From: an uncultured Alphaproteobacteria bacterium
Lineage (GTDB): Bacteria; Pseudomonadota; Alphaproteobacteria; HIMB59; GCA-002718135
Length of the DNA: 64,000 nucleotides
Reading direction: 5' to 3'
Assembly (NCBI GenBank): GCA_902567135.1
Contig: CACFLO010000004.1
Location: 1,023 to 65,022 of the forward strand
The notes beneath the pieces were generated by a model. That model was given only the letters and a program-made list of their open reading frames with translations. It searched no databases and had not been told where the DNA came from. The position numbers and the translations under genes were made by a program. Positions within the stretch are counted from its first letter, which is position 1; every line of letters begins with the position of its first letter. Positions 22,191 through 31,149 of this stretch are shown here, piece by piece.

Positions 22191-23404
22191 TAAAATAATT
22201 TGTCAAAATCGTAGTAATCAAAAACATCTCCTTTCTTAATAATACTTACATCTTCAGGAATCTCTACTACACCATCTGAATAAGATATAGAGGATATCAT
22301 CCCTGAACCTTGTTTTGGATGTTTAGAAAGAACATATTTATTTTTAACTAATTTTTTTGAAACCCTAAGCCATTCGAGTCTTTTTGTTTTTTTTATCATA
22401 GAAAAATTTGTTTTAATCTTCTCTGGTTTAATATTATTAATTATTGAGCCAATTAATTTGTAAATTAAAGGCTTAACAATAAATACATATAACAATTGAA
22501 CAGAAACAGGATTGCCTGGTAAACAAACTATATAAGTTTTTTTAATTTTCCCAATTGCAATGGGTCTTCCTGGCTTAATTGCAGCTCGCCAAAAAAAAAT
22601 TTTTCCGTTATTTTTTAAAGTATTAATTAAATGGTCTTCATCTCCAACTGAAGCACCCCCTGTTGTAATTATAATATTAAACTTAGATACTTCATTTAAT
22701 AATTTTTTCTTTATTTGATCAGCATTGTCAGGAAAATTTCCCAAGAATTTCTTTGTTATATAACTTTTATTTAAAAGAGAGTTTAGCAGATAATAATTTG
22801 AATTATTTATTTTAGAATTTCTTAATTTTGTTGTTGGTTTTACTAACTCATTACCACTCGTAAAAAAACCAATTTTAATTTTTACATAAACCTTTATCTT
22901 ACAATAACCAATTGCAGCAATTAAGTTTAAATTTTTATTATCAATTTTTGTACCTTTTTTTAATACAAGACTTCCCTTGGAAATATCCTCACCCTTATTT
23001 CTACAGTTATCTCCATAAGCTGGAACTTTAATTAAAAAAAGTTTATTATCGATGATTTCTGTATTTTCCTGCATTACAACAGTATTTGAATTTAAAGGCA
23101 TTTTGGCACCAGTAAAAATCCTAATAACCTCTCCTCCTTTTATTTTATGATTAGCTCTATCCCCTGCCGTAACTCTATTTTGATTAATTTTTTTCGGTAT
23201 TTTATTTAAATCTTTTTTTAACAAAGCATATCCATCTACTGCTGAATTTTTAAAAGGTGGTAAGCTTATCTTTGAATATATATTTTCTGCTAAAATTTTG
23301 TCTTCTGCATCTTGAAGATTAATTATTTCAGTTTTATTAATTTCACTTGGACATCTTTTAATAAAATTTAATATTTGCTTCAAATACAGTGGTTTCTTAT
23401 TCAT
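22187..23404 (-). CDS. moeA: Molybdopterin molybdenumtransferase MoeA
   Basis: 405 aa; MoeA N-domain (SPPFKNSAVDGYAL), MoCF-binding domain (IITTGGASVGDEDH), GLPGNPVS. Confidence 0.9.
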   Translation of the reverse strand: MNKKPLYLKQILNFIKRCPSEINKTEIINLQDAEDKILAENIYSKISLPPFKNSAVDGYALLKKDLNKIPKKINQNRVTAGDRANHKIKGGEVIRIFTGAKMPLNSNTVVMQENTEIIDNKLFLIKVPAYGDNCRNKGEDISKGSLVLKKGTKIDNKNLNLIAAIGYCKIKVYVKIKIGFFTSGNELVKPTTKLRNSKINNSNYYLLNSLLNKSYITKKFLGNFPDNADQIKKKLLNEVSKFNIIITTGGASVGDEDHLINTLKNNGKIFFWRAAIKPGRPIAIGKIKKTYIVCLPGNPVSVQLLYVFIVKPLIYKLIGSIINNIKPEKIKTNFSMIKKTKRLEWLRVSKKLVKNKYVLSKHPKQGSGMISSISYSDGVVEIPEDVSIIKKGDVFDYYDFDKLFY

Positions 23405-23886
23405 AGAATTTTTTTTAATATAAAGTCAACTAAGTTTTTAGTATCATTTTTTTTAAATACAGGAGTACTTGTATCTTTTAACTCATCAGAAACAAATGCT
23501 ATTACGTTATTAGCTTCTTTATTTTTATTTTTTAAACCTTTGCCTAATATTTCGATTTTTGGATGGTTTTCTTTTTTAAAACCTTCTACAACAATAATAT
23601 CTACATCTTGAAACTCTTGGATTAATTCCTCTAAATTTTTTTCTTTTTTATCATTATTTTCTATTATTTTTGCCCAACGTTTTGAAGAACTAATAATAAC
23701 TTGATTAGAACCAGCCTCTCGATGTTTAAAACTATCTGTTCCGGGTTTATCAATATCAAAATCATGATGTGCATGTTTTATCGAGCCAATCTTGTAACCA
23801 CTCTTGGTCAATAATTTGATTATTAGACTAGCATAATATGTTTTTCCAACATCTTTCAAACCAGTGATACCGATAATTTTACTCAT
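23401..23886 (-). CDS. mobB: Molybdopterin-guanine dinucleotide biosynthesis adapter protein MobB
   Basis: 161 aa; P-loop GITGLKDVGKT, IKHAHHDFDIDKPGTDSFKHREAG, VVEGFKKENHPKIE. Confidence 0.88.
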   Translation of the reverse strand: MSKIIGITGLKDVGKTYYASLIIKLLTKSGYKIGSIKHAHHDFDIDKPGTDSFKHREAGSNQVIISSSKRWAKIIENNDKKEKNLEELIQEFQDVDIIVVEGFKKENHPKIEILGKGLKNKNKEANNVIAFVSDELKDTSTPVFKKNDTKNLVDFILKKIL

Positions 23887-24572
23887 ATATTTTTCTTATT
23901 AAAAATGTAGACTAATGAATATATTATAATTGTTAGCAATATTAAAACTATACCTAAAGCCATTGCATATTCAAGATTACCCATTCTCGTCTCAAGCGAA
24001 ATTGCTGTAGTCATCACTCTTGTAAAGTGATCTATGTTTCCTCCTACAATCATTACAGCTCCTACTTCAGATATAGCTCTTCCAAAAGCAGAGAGCAGTG
24101 CTGTAATAACAAGAAAATAACTGTGTTTAGTAATTATAAATGCCACACCGAAAAAGGGCATATTAATAGATCTTAATTGATCTTTATACTCTCTCCAATT
24201 TTGATCAAAAATTTCGTGTGATATGGAAGTAACAATTGGAAAAATAATTATAACTTGGGCTATTATCATAGCAGTAGGTGTATATAGCAATTGCAAAACA
24301 CCAAAAGGACCTCCGGATGCAAACAAGAAATATACTATCAACCCCACTACTACAGGTGGAATGCCCATCAATGAATTAAGCACTATTAAAATAAAACTTT
24401 TAAACGGGAAATTTTTTAGAGCTATATAATAACCGATTAATAATCCAAAAATTGAAGCAACAATAAGAGCAAAAATACTGACGTATAATGATAAAATAAT
24501 AATTTCCCACAAATCATTATCAAAAGAAATGATTAAAAAGAAAGATTTTGTAAAAATTTCTATAATGTTCAT
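23883..24572 (-). CDS. ABC transporter permease, tungstate/molybdate (TupB-like, COG4662-type)
   Basis: 229 aa, about 5-6 TM helices; cytoplasmic loop GRAISEVGAVMIVGGNIDHFTRVMTTAISLETRMG is typical of TupB-type permeases. Its stop overlaps the mobB ATG (ATGA). Confidence 0.7.
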   Translation of the reverse strand: MNIIEIFTKSFFLIISFDNDLWEIIILSLYVSIFALIVASIFGLLIGYYIALKNFPFKSFILIVLNSLMGIPPVVVGLIVYFLFASGGPFGVLQLLYTPTAMIIAQVIIIFPIVTSISHEIFDQNWREYKDQLRSINMPFFGVAFIITKHSYFLVITALLSAFGRAISEVGAVMIVGGNIDHFTRVMTTAISLETRMGNLEYAMALGIVLILLTIIIYSLVYIFNKKNI

Positions 24573-24596
24573 ATAAAGATAATATCAGAATACAGT

Positions 24597-25415
24597 ATGA
24601 GTAAAAAAATTAAATATTTAGTTGCACCTAACCCACAAGATAGAAATTTAACTAAGTCAATAAATGGCTTTGATGAAAGTTTTAAGAAAACTAAAACAAA
24701 GGTTATAATTGAGAAAGATCTTACTATTTATTTAAATAATCAAGAAATTGTAACACTAATGACAGTTGGTGATCATCCTGGATATCTTGCAGTGGGTTAC
24801 TTATTAAACCAAAATATGCTTAAAAAAACTGATAAGATTAAAAAAATCGAATATGACCCTGACCTCAAAGTTGTGATTGTAAGAACATCTCGAAAAACTA
24901 ATTATGAGGAAAAATTAAAAAGAAAAATTACTACAAGTGGGTGTGCGGTTGGAACAGTATTTGGTGATGTTTACGACGAGATCTTAAAAAGTAAAATTAA
25001 ATCCAAAAAAAAAATAAAGCATTCATGGATCTATGAAATTTCAAAAAAAATTAATTTAACACCAAGTTTATATCTTGAAGCTGGAGCTATTCATGGTTGT
25101 GCAATTATTGAAAATAATAATCCAATTATTTATATGGAAGATGTTGGTCGTCACAATGCCGTAGATAAAATCGCAGGTTATATGTTTTTAGAAAAAATTA
25201 ATGGAAATAATAAAATTTTTTATACTACAGGAAGGTTGACTAGTGAGATGGTCATCAAAACTGTAAAAATGAAGATACCTATTTTAATATCACGTTCAGG
25301 TTTTACATCTTGGGGTGTTGAGCTTGCAAGGAAAACTAATCTTACTTTAATTGGAAGAGCAAAAGGCAAAAAATATCTAGTACTATCAGGTGAAAAAAGA
25401 ATTGATCATAAATAA
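24597..25415 (+). CDS. fdhD: Formate dehydrogenase accessory sulfurtransferase FdhD
   Basis: 272 aa; EDVGRHNAVDKIAG motif, active-site loop TTSGCAVG, C-terminal ARKTNLTLIGRAKG. Confidence 0.9.
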   Translation: MSKKIKYLVAPNPQDRNLTKSINGFDESFKKTKTKVIIEKDLTIYLNNQEIVTLMTVGDHPGYLAVGYLLNQNMLKKTDKIKKIEYDPDLKVVIVRTSRKTNYEEKLKRKITTSGCAVGTVFGDVYDEILKSKIKSKKKIKHSWIYEISKKINLTPSLYLEAGAIHGCAIIENNNPIIYMEDVGRHNAVDKIAGYMFLEKINGNNKIFYTTGRLTSEMVIKTVKMKIPILISRSGFTSWGVELARKTNLTLIGRAKGKKYLVLSGEKRIDHK

Positions 25416-26025
25416 ATCACAAACGATAATAGTTATTCTTGCCGGTGGCCAATCACGTCGATTTGGTGGTGGTTATAAAACTCTAAATAGGCTCAATCAT
25501 ATATCCATACTTGATAGAATTATTCAAAATTTTAAAAAGCTAGAGATTGAAATAGTTTTAAATGTAAACTCAAATGAAGAACAGTTTTTAAAAACAGGCT
25601 TACATTTAATAAAAGATGAGCTAAAAAATTTTCAAGGTCCTCTTGCTGGAATATTTTCATCAATGAAATGGATATTAGAAAATAAAAAAAATATTGAATG
25701 GGTCTTTACATCACCATCCGATACTCCATTTTTAAATAAAAGTTTGGTGGATAAATTTTTAAGCACTAACTATAATAATAAAACTAATATAGTTATAGCA
25801 AAATCCTTCAACAAAATACATCCTGTAATTGGTTTTTGGCATATTTCATTAATTAAAAGTTTAGAAGAATTTTTAGCTAAAGATAATAGAAAAATTATGC
25901 ATTGGGTAGAGCAACAAAATTACGAACTTCTAAATTTTAAAGACAAAAATTATTTTTTTAACATTAATACTCAGGCTGATTTAGTAGAGGCAATTAAAAT
26001 TGAGAAGTCTATAAAAAAACTATAA
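25390..26025 (+). CDS. mobA: Molybdenum cofactor guanylyltransferase MobA (GTG or TTG start overlapping the fdhD end)
   Basis: 211 aa; ILAGGQSRRFGG nucleotide-binding motif, GPLAGI, PSDTPFL. Confidence 0.88.
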   Translation: MKKELIINKSQTIIVILAGGQSRRFGGGYKTLNRLNHISILDRIIQNFKKLEIEIVLNVNSNEEQFLKTGLHLIKDELKNFQGPLAGIFSSMKWILENKKNIEWVFTSPSDTPFLNKSLVDKFLSTNYNNKTNIVIAKSFNKIHPVIGFWHISLIKSLEEFLAKDNRKIMHWVEQQNYELLNFKDKNYFFNINTQADLVEAIKIEKSIKKL

Positions 26026-26073
26026 TTTACTGGATAATCTTAATAATAAGATTATAAATTAATACCATAAATC

Positions 26074-26988
26074 ATGTCAATTTACCTTCCTATAGCCGAA
26101 ATGAATATCAATATCTTCTTAATTGTTTTTATTGGAATGATAGTAGGTGCATTATCTGGCCTGTTCGGTGTTGGAGGAGGTTTTTTAATGACTCCTCTTT
26201 TGATTTTTTTAGGTATTCCGCCTGTAGTTGCAGTTGGTTCTGAGGCTCCACATGTTTTAGCTTCCAGTGTATCTGGGGTGATAGCACACTGGCGTAAAAA
26301 AAATGTTGATTTTAAGATGGGTTTTTTTTTATTATCTGGAGGTATAATTGGATCAACTCTGGGAGTTAATTTATTTAAATTACTTAAGACTTATGGTCAA
26401 ATTGATATTGTTATCCAATTTTTATTTTTAATTTTTCTTGGTTTTATTGGAATTTCAATGGCTTTCGAAAGTGCAAAAACAACTATAAAAAATTATCAAA
26501 CTACTTCAGCAATTAGAACTAAACTACATCAGCATTCTTGGATACATGGACTTCCTTTTAAGCTTCGTTTTCACCGCTCAAAATTATATATTTCTGTAAT
26601 TCCACCTATTTTAATTGGTTTTTTTGTTGGAGTGTTATCAGCAATGATGGGTGTTGGTGGCGGCTTTATTATGATACCTGCAATGGTTTACATATTGGGT
26701 ATGTCTACAAATGTTGTTGTGGGAACTTCATTATTTCAAATTATTTTTGTAACAGCAAACTCAACCTTTTTTCAATCTTACTTAAACCAAACTGTTGATA
26801 TAGTTTTATCTGCTCTTATGATCCTTGGTGGAGTTATTGGCGCACAAATTGGAGTTAGAATTGGATCAAAATTAAAAGCTGAATATTTGAGAGGTATTTT
26901 AGCAATTTTAGTATTACTTGTTTGTGCTAAGATTTTAACTGACTTGATTCTTATGCCCTCAGATTTATTTACTACTTCACTTTATTGA
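26074..26988 (+). CDS. TauE/SafE (DUF81) family anion-exporter-like membrane protein
   Basis: 304 aa polytopic protein; duplicated GxGGGF(L/I)M(T/I)P motifs (GVGGGFLMTPLL and GVGGGFIMIPAM) are characteristic of DUF81. Confidence 0.8.
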   Translation: MSIYLPIAEMNINIFLIVFIGMIVGALSGLFGVGGGFLMTPLLIFLGIPPVVAVGSEAPHVLASSVSGVIAHWRKKNVDFKMGFFLLSGGIIGSTLGVNLFKLLKTYGQIDIVIQFLFLIFLGFIGISMAFESAKTTIKNYQTTSAIRTKLHQHSWIHGLPFKLRFHRSKLYISVIPPILIGFFVGVLSAMMGVGGGFIMIPAMVYILGMSTNVVVGTSLFQIIFVTANSTFFQSYLNQTVDIVLSALMILGGVIGAQIGVRIGSKLKAEYLRGILAILVLLVCAKILTDLILMPSDLFTTSLY

Positions 26989-26993
26989 TTCAA

Positions 26994-27362
26994 ATGAAAA
27001 ATTTTAAACAATATTTTATTACTTATATAGGGATGGGATTATTAGCTTTATACTATCTAAGTCGATTTTTTGAAATTGATTTCGATTATTTATTGCAGAT
27101 AACTATCTTTATTTTATCAGGGTGCTTATTATTGAAATTGTTTTATTGGTACAATATTGGCAAAAGCTCTAAAAGGGAAAATTTATTGAGATTTTCTTTT
27201 ATCATTTTAACATATTTTCTTCCTATATACATGATAATTCAAGAACCTACTTTAATTATTGATTTAACAATTTTAAAAATATCTTATGTAATTATTTTTA
27301 CTTTTGCCTTTATTGGAATAGTTATAGAAAGATATTTGTTTACTATGAAAGAAAATTCATAA
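26994..27362 (+). CDS. Hypothetical small integral membrane protein (~4 TM)
   Basis: ATG at 26994 (track TTG at 26985). Hydrophobic helices throughout. The C-terminal IERYLF faintly resembles the ERWLFF motif of DmsC-family anchors. No confident family call. Confidence 0.5.
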   Translation: MKNFKQYFITYIGMGLLALYYLSRFFEIDFDYLLQITIFILSGCLLLKLFYWYNIGKSSKRENLLRFSFIILTYFLPIYMIIQEPTLIIDLTILKISYVIIFTFAFIGIVIERYLFTMKENS

Positions 27363-27382
27363 TATGAATAAAATAAAGTAAA

Positions 27383-28123
27383 ATGAATAATAAATTACAA
27401 ACTCTTGTTTTTATCATTGTGTTTTTTTTTACAAAAGCCATTTTGGCTGAGGCATATTTTGATTTATCTCAAAATAATATTAAAATTAAAACAGATTTTA
27501 AAGGTAAAGAAATAATTATTTTTGGAATTTTAAATGATGATCAAGAAACTATTATTACTATTAAAGGTCCTCCGAAAAAAGCATTAATTCAAAAAAAAGA
27601 GAGAATTTTAGGTTTTTGGTTTAATACAAAACAAATTACTTACAATAAAATTCCCAGTATTTTTTTTATTGCGTCCTCAGAAAAGCTTGAAGATATTCTA
27701 CCAATGTCTACCATAATTAAAGAAGAGCTTAGTTTTGATTTATTGTTAGTAAATAAGTTATCACAAAGAAATTTTATATCTGATGTATCATTAAAGAATT
27801 GGCAGGATAATTTTGTTAGAATTAAAAAAAATAAAAGTTTATTCAAACAATATAAAGTTGCAAAAATAGAAAATAAACTTTTTCAAACACGGGTTTTTTT
27901 CCCAGCTGAGTCAATTCCTGGAAAATATAAAGTTCAAGTGTATCAAATAAAAAATAATATAATTTTAAATAAGAAAGAAAAAATTTTAACTTTACAAAAA
28001 TCCGGTATTGGAAGTCAAATATATGATTTTGCACACAAAAATGCTGCAGCTTATGGTTTTTTTACTATCGTATTTGCTATATTATCCGGATTTCTTGCTG
28101 CAACATTGTTTAGGAGATATTAA
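27383..28123 (+). CDS. TIGR02186 / Alph_Pro_TM-like conserved alphaproteobacterial protein
   Basis: 246 aa; N-terminal signal peptide (…TKAILAEA), a large soluble domain and a single C-terminal TM anchor ending in RRY. This architecture next to a DUF81 gene matches my recollection of the TIGR02186 family. Confidence 0.55.
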   Translation: MNNKLQTLVFIIVFFFTKAILAEAYFDLSQNNIKIKTDFKGKEIIIFGILNDDQETIITIKGPPKKALIQKKERILGFWFNTKQITYNKIPSIFFIASSEKLEDILPMSTIIKEELSFDLLLVNKLSQRNFISDVSLKNWQDNFVRIKKNKSLFKQYKVAKIENKLFQTRVFFPAESIPGKYKVQVYQIKNNIILNKKEKILTLQKSGIGSQIYDFAHKNAAAYGFFTIVFAILSGFLAATLFRRY

Positions 28124-28596
28124 TGAGTGATAGTAGGTACATATTAGTTATTGCTGATGATTCACCAGAGATGGAAATTGCTCTTGAGTATGCGTGCGCT
28201 AGATCAAAAAAAACAAGCCGGAAAATAATTATAGCAACATTTATAGAGCCTTTGGATGTTTTAACAACTCAAGGTGTAACGGAAATTATGAAAAATGAAG
28301 CAAGAGAAGAAGCTGAAAACCTCCTTCAAAAAGCAGCAAGTCATGTAAAAAATAAAACTGGTGAAATTCCTTCTTTGGCACTTAGAGAGGGAGAAACAAT
28401 TGCTGAATTAAAAAAACTTCTTGAAGAAGAAGAAAAAATTAATGTATTAGTTTTAGCTGCAAATTCTGATCCTAAAAATAAAGAATCAAATATGATTATT
28501 AATTCTCTAGTAAGTCAAGAAATTGCAAATCTAAGAGTGCCAGTTATGATTGTTCCTGGTAACTTTTCAAAAGATCACATTGCTTTAATTACCTAG
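28123..28596 (+). CDS. Universal stress protein (UspA) family protein
   Basis: 157 aa; ILVIADDSPE start, VLVLAAN, C-terminal VPVMIVPG. The ATG overlaps the preceding stop (TAATG). Confidence 0.7.
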   Translation: MSDSRYILVIADDSPEMEIALEYACARSKKTSRKIIIATFIEPLDVLTTQGVTEIMKNEAREEAENLLQKAASHVKNKTGEIPSLALREGETIAELKKLLEEEEKINVLVLAANSDPKNKESNMIINSLVSQEIANLRVPVMIVPGNFSKDHIALIT

Positions 28597-28598
28597 AT

Positions 28599-29234
28599 AT
28601 GTCTGAATTAATAGCTGAGAAATTAATTGATATTGGATCAGTGCAGTTTTCTTTTAATGATCATTTTACATTAACATCAGGTTTAAAATCTCCAGTTTAC
28701 GTAGATTGTCGAAGAATCATATCTTTTATTGACGAAAGAGATTTTATTATGAACGAGGCTGTTAATTATATTAAATCAAATAACTTGAAATCTGATTTAA
28801 TAGCAGGCGGTGAAACAGCGGGCATTCCCTATGCTGCAATTATTTCTGAAAGAATGAAAAAACCGATGTTATATATCCGTAAGAAACCAAAAGGTTTCGG
28901 TAAAAACCAGCAAATTGAAGGAGAATTTAAAAAAAAAGACAATGCTATTTTGATTGAAGATCTGGCAACGGATGGCGGAAGTAAGGTTATATTCATTGAA
29001 GCAATGAGAAAAGCTGGATTAATAGTAAAGGATATTTTTGTTATTTTTTATTACGACATATTTGATTTTGAAGACTCAGTTTTATCCAATTTAGATGTTA
29101 ATATTCACTATCTTTGCACATGGAAAGATATTATTTCTGTTATAGAAAAAAGAAACTTATATAATCAAAATGAAATAAATAATTTAAAAAATTTTTTATC
29201 TAATCCTGATAATTGGAGAAAAAGTAATGCCTAA
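28599..29234 (+). CDS. pyrE: Orotate phosphoribosyltransferase
   Basis: 211 aa; FTLTSGLKSPVYVDCR, GGETAGIPYAA, PRPP motif ILIEDLATDGGS. Confidence 0.88.
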   Translation: MSELIAEKLIDIGSVQFSFNDHFTLTSGLKSPVYVDCRRIISFIDERDFIMNEAVNYIKSNNLKSDLIAGGETAGIPYAAIISERMKKPMLYIRKKPKGFGKNQQIEGEFKKKDNAILIEDLATDGGSKVIFIEAMRKAGLIVKDIFVIFYYDIFDFEDSVLSNLDVNIHYLCTWKDIISVIEKRNLYNQNEINNLKNFLSNPDNWRKSNA

Positions 29235-29655
29235 TATTATTTTAATCAGTGGGGGTTTTGATCCGATTCATAGTGGTCATATAAAATTAATTAATGATGC
29301 TAGTAAATATGGGGATGTAATTGTTCTTCTTAATTCAGATGAATGGTTAAAAAATAAAAAAGGTAAAGAATTTTTATCTTTTGATGAAAGAAAAATTATA
29401 ATGGAAAATATAAAAGGTGTAATTGATGTTATTGAATTTGATGATAGTGACAAGACTTGTATTGATGGAATTAAAAAAGCAAAATCACTTTATAAAAATA
29501 ATATAATTAAATTTGCAAACGGCGGGGATAGAAATAATGAAACTACACCTGAGAAAGAATTTTGTGATAAAAATGATATAGAAACTCTTTTTGGAATAGG
29601 TGGTAATGATAAATCTAATTCTAGTTCGTGGATTTTAAAAAAATGGAAAGAATAG
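29227..29655 (+). CDS. Cytidylyltransferase-like nucleotidyltransferase (RfaE domain II / TagD-like)
   Basis: 142 aa; GGFDPIHSGHIKL (HxGH), GDVIVLLNSDEWLKNKKG, ERKIIMENIKGVIDV. The precise substrate cannot be told from sequence. Confidence 0.65.
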   Translation: MPNIILISGGFDPIHSGHIKLINDASKYGDVIVLLNSDEWLKNKKGKEFLSFDERKIIMENIKGVIDVIEFDDSDKTCIDGIKKAKSLYKNNIIKFANGGDRNNETTPEKEFCDKNDIETLFGIGGNDKSNSSSWILKKWKE

Positions 29656-29658
29656 TAA

Positions 29659-30261
29659 TTAAGGATAAAGTTTTTTAATTTTCCAGGAGTTATCACTTTT
29701 CAAATAAAGTACTCGGTCATGAAATCTAAATGGCATTTCTTGCCAAAACTCAATTAAATTAGGCATAACTAGATAACCATTCCAATGTGATGGACGAGGA
29801 ATATCTTTATCTTTATATTTCATTTCAAAATCTTTAATGTTTTTTACTAATTCATCTCTAGATGGAAGATCATCACTTTGGTTAGATGACCATGCTCCAA
29901 TCTGACTATTTCTTGGGCGTGTTTTAAAATAAGAGTCAGCAACTTCTTTGCTTACAATATTTGCAATACCCTCTATTCTGATCTGTCTATTTTGAGTTTT
30001 CCAATGAAAGTTAAGAGCAACATTGTTATTTTCTTTAATTGATTTACCTTTTTTACTATTAGAATTAGTATAGAAAACTAAACCAATTTCATCATATGAT
30101 TTTAATAAAACTACTCGTGATGAAGGTTGATTGTTAGAAAGTGTAGATAGTGTCATTGCATTTGGATCGTTTATCTCTGTTTTACATGCTAAATCATACC
30201 ATTTTTTAAATAAAACGAATGGATCTTTAATGTGCTCAATCAGATCTTTGTGCTTTAACAT
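29659..30261 (-). CDS. pdxH: Pyridoxamine 5'-phosphate oxidase
   Basis: 200 aa; RVVLLK, QIRIEG, YFKTRPRNSQIGAWSSNQS, WNGYLV...IEFWQ. Confidence 0.92.
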   Translation of the reverse strand: MLKHKDLIEHIKDPFVLFKKWYDLACKTEINDPNAMTLSTLSNNQPSSRVVLLKSYDEIGLVFYTNSNSKKGKSIKENNNVALNFHWKTQNRQIRIEGIANIVSKEVADSYFKTRPRNSQIGAWSSNQSDDLPSRDELVKNIKDFEMKYKDKDIPRPSHWNGYLVMPNLIEFWQEMPFRFHDRVLYLKSDNSWKIKKLYP

Positions 30262-30324
30262 TTTCGATATATTAAGTAATAAAACTTATATATAATCTTA
30301 AAAATAATAAAAAATAGGAATTTA

Positions 30325-31146
30325 ATGTTAATGCAAGGAAAAAAAGGGCTAATAATGGGTGTTGCTAATGATAGGTCAATAGCATGGGGAATAGCAAAAT
30401 GTTTAGCCGAAAATGGTGCATCAATTGCTCTAACTTATCAAGGAGAGGCTCTTAAAAAGAGAGTAGAACCGTTAGCACAATCAATAAATTCAAATATATT
30501 AATACCTTGCGATGTTGCTGACTCTAGTAGTATGGAAAATGTTTTCAAAACATTAGAACAAAAGTGGGGCAAAATTGATTTCTTAGTTCATGGAATTGGT
30601 TTTTCAAATAAAGATGAATTGAGAGGTAAATATTACAACACATCTTCAGCAAACTTTAATCAAACGATGCACATTTCATGTTATTCATTTACAGAGGCTT
30701 GCAGATTAGCTGAGCCATTAATGAATGATGGCGGCTCTATTTTAACTTTAACTTATTATGGATCAGAACAAGTTATGCCACATTACAATGTAATGGGTGT
30801 TGCCAAAGCTGCTTTAGAAGCTAGTGTTAGATACTTAGCGGTTGATCTTGGTGAAAAGAATGTAAGAGTGAACGCAATAAGTGCTGGTCCAATCAAAACC
30901 CTTGCAGCTTCTGGAATAGGTGATTTTAGATTTATTTTAAAATGGAATGAACTAAATGCTCCACTAAAAAGAAATGTTAGTCAAGGTGATGTAGGTAATT
31001 CAGCACTTTATCTATTAAGTGATTTAGGAAGCGCTGTAACTGGAGAGATCCAGCATGTTGACTGTGGATATCATACTGTTGGAATGGTAGCAGTGGATGA
31101 AGCTGAAAAAGTATCCGATCTATTAAATGAATTTAACAATAAATAA
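30325..31146 (+). CDS. fabI: Enoyl-[acyl-carrier-protein] reductase (NADH) FabI
   Basis: 273 aa; GKKGLIMGVANDRSIAWGIA, YNVMGVAKAALEASVRYLA, NAISAGPIKTLAASGI. Confidence 0.93.
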   Translation: MLMQGKKGLIMGVANDRSIAWGIAKCLAENGASIALTYQGEALKKRVEPLAQSINSNILIPCDVADSSSMENVFKTLEQKWGKIDFLVHGIGFSNKDELRGKYYNTSSANFNQTMHISCYSFTEACRLAEPLMNDGGSILTLTYYGSEQVMPHYNVMGVAKAALEASVRYLAVDLGEKNVRVNAISAGPIKTLAASGIGDFRFILKWNELNAPLKRNVSQGDVGNSALYLLSDLGSAVTGEIQHVDCGYHTVGMVAVDEAEKVSDLLNEFNNK

Positions 31147-31149
31147 TTA

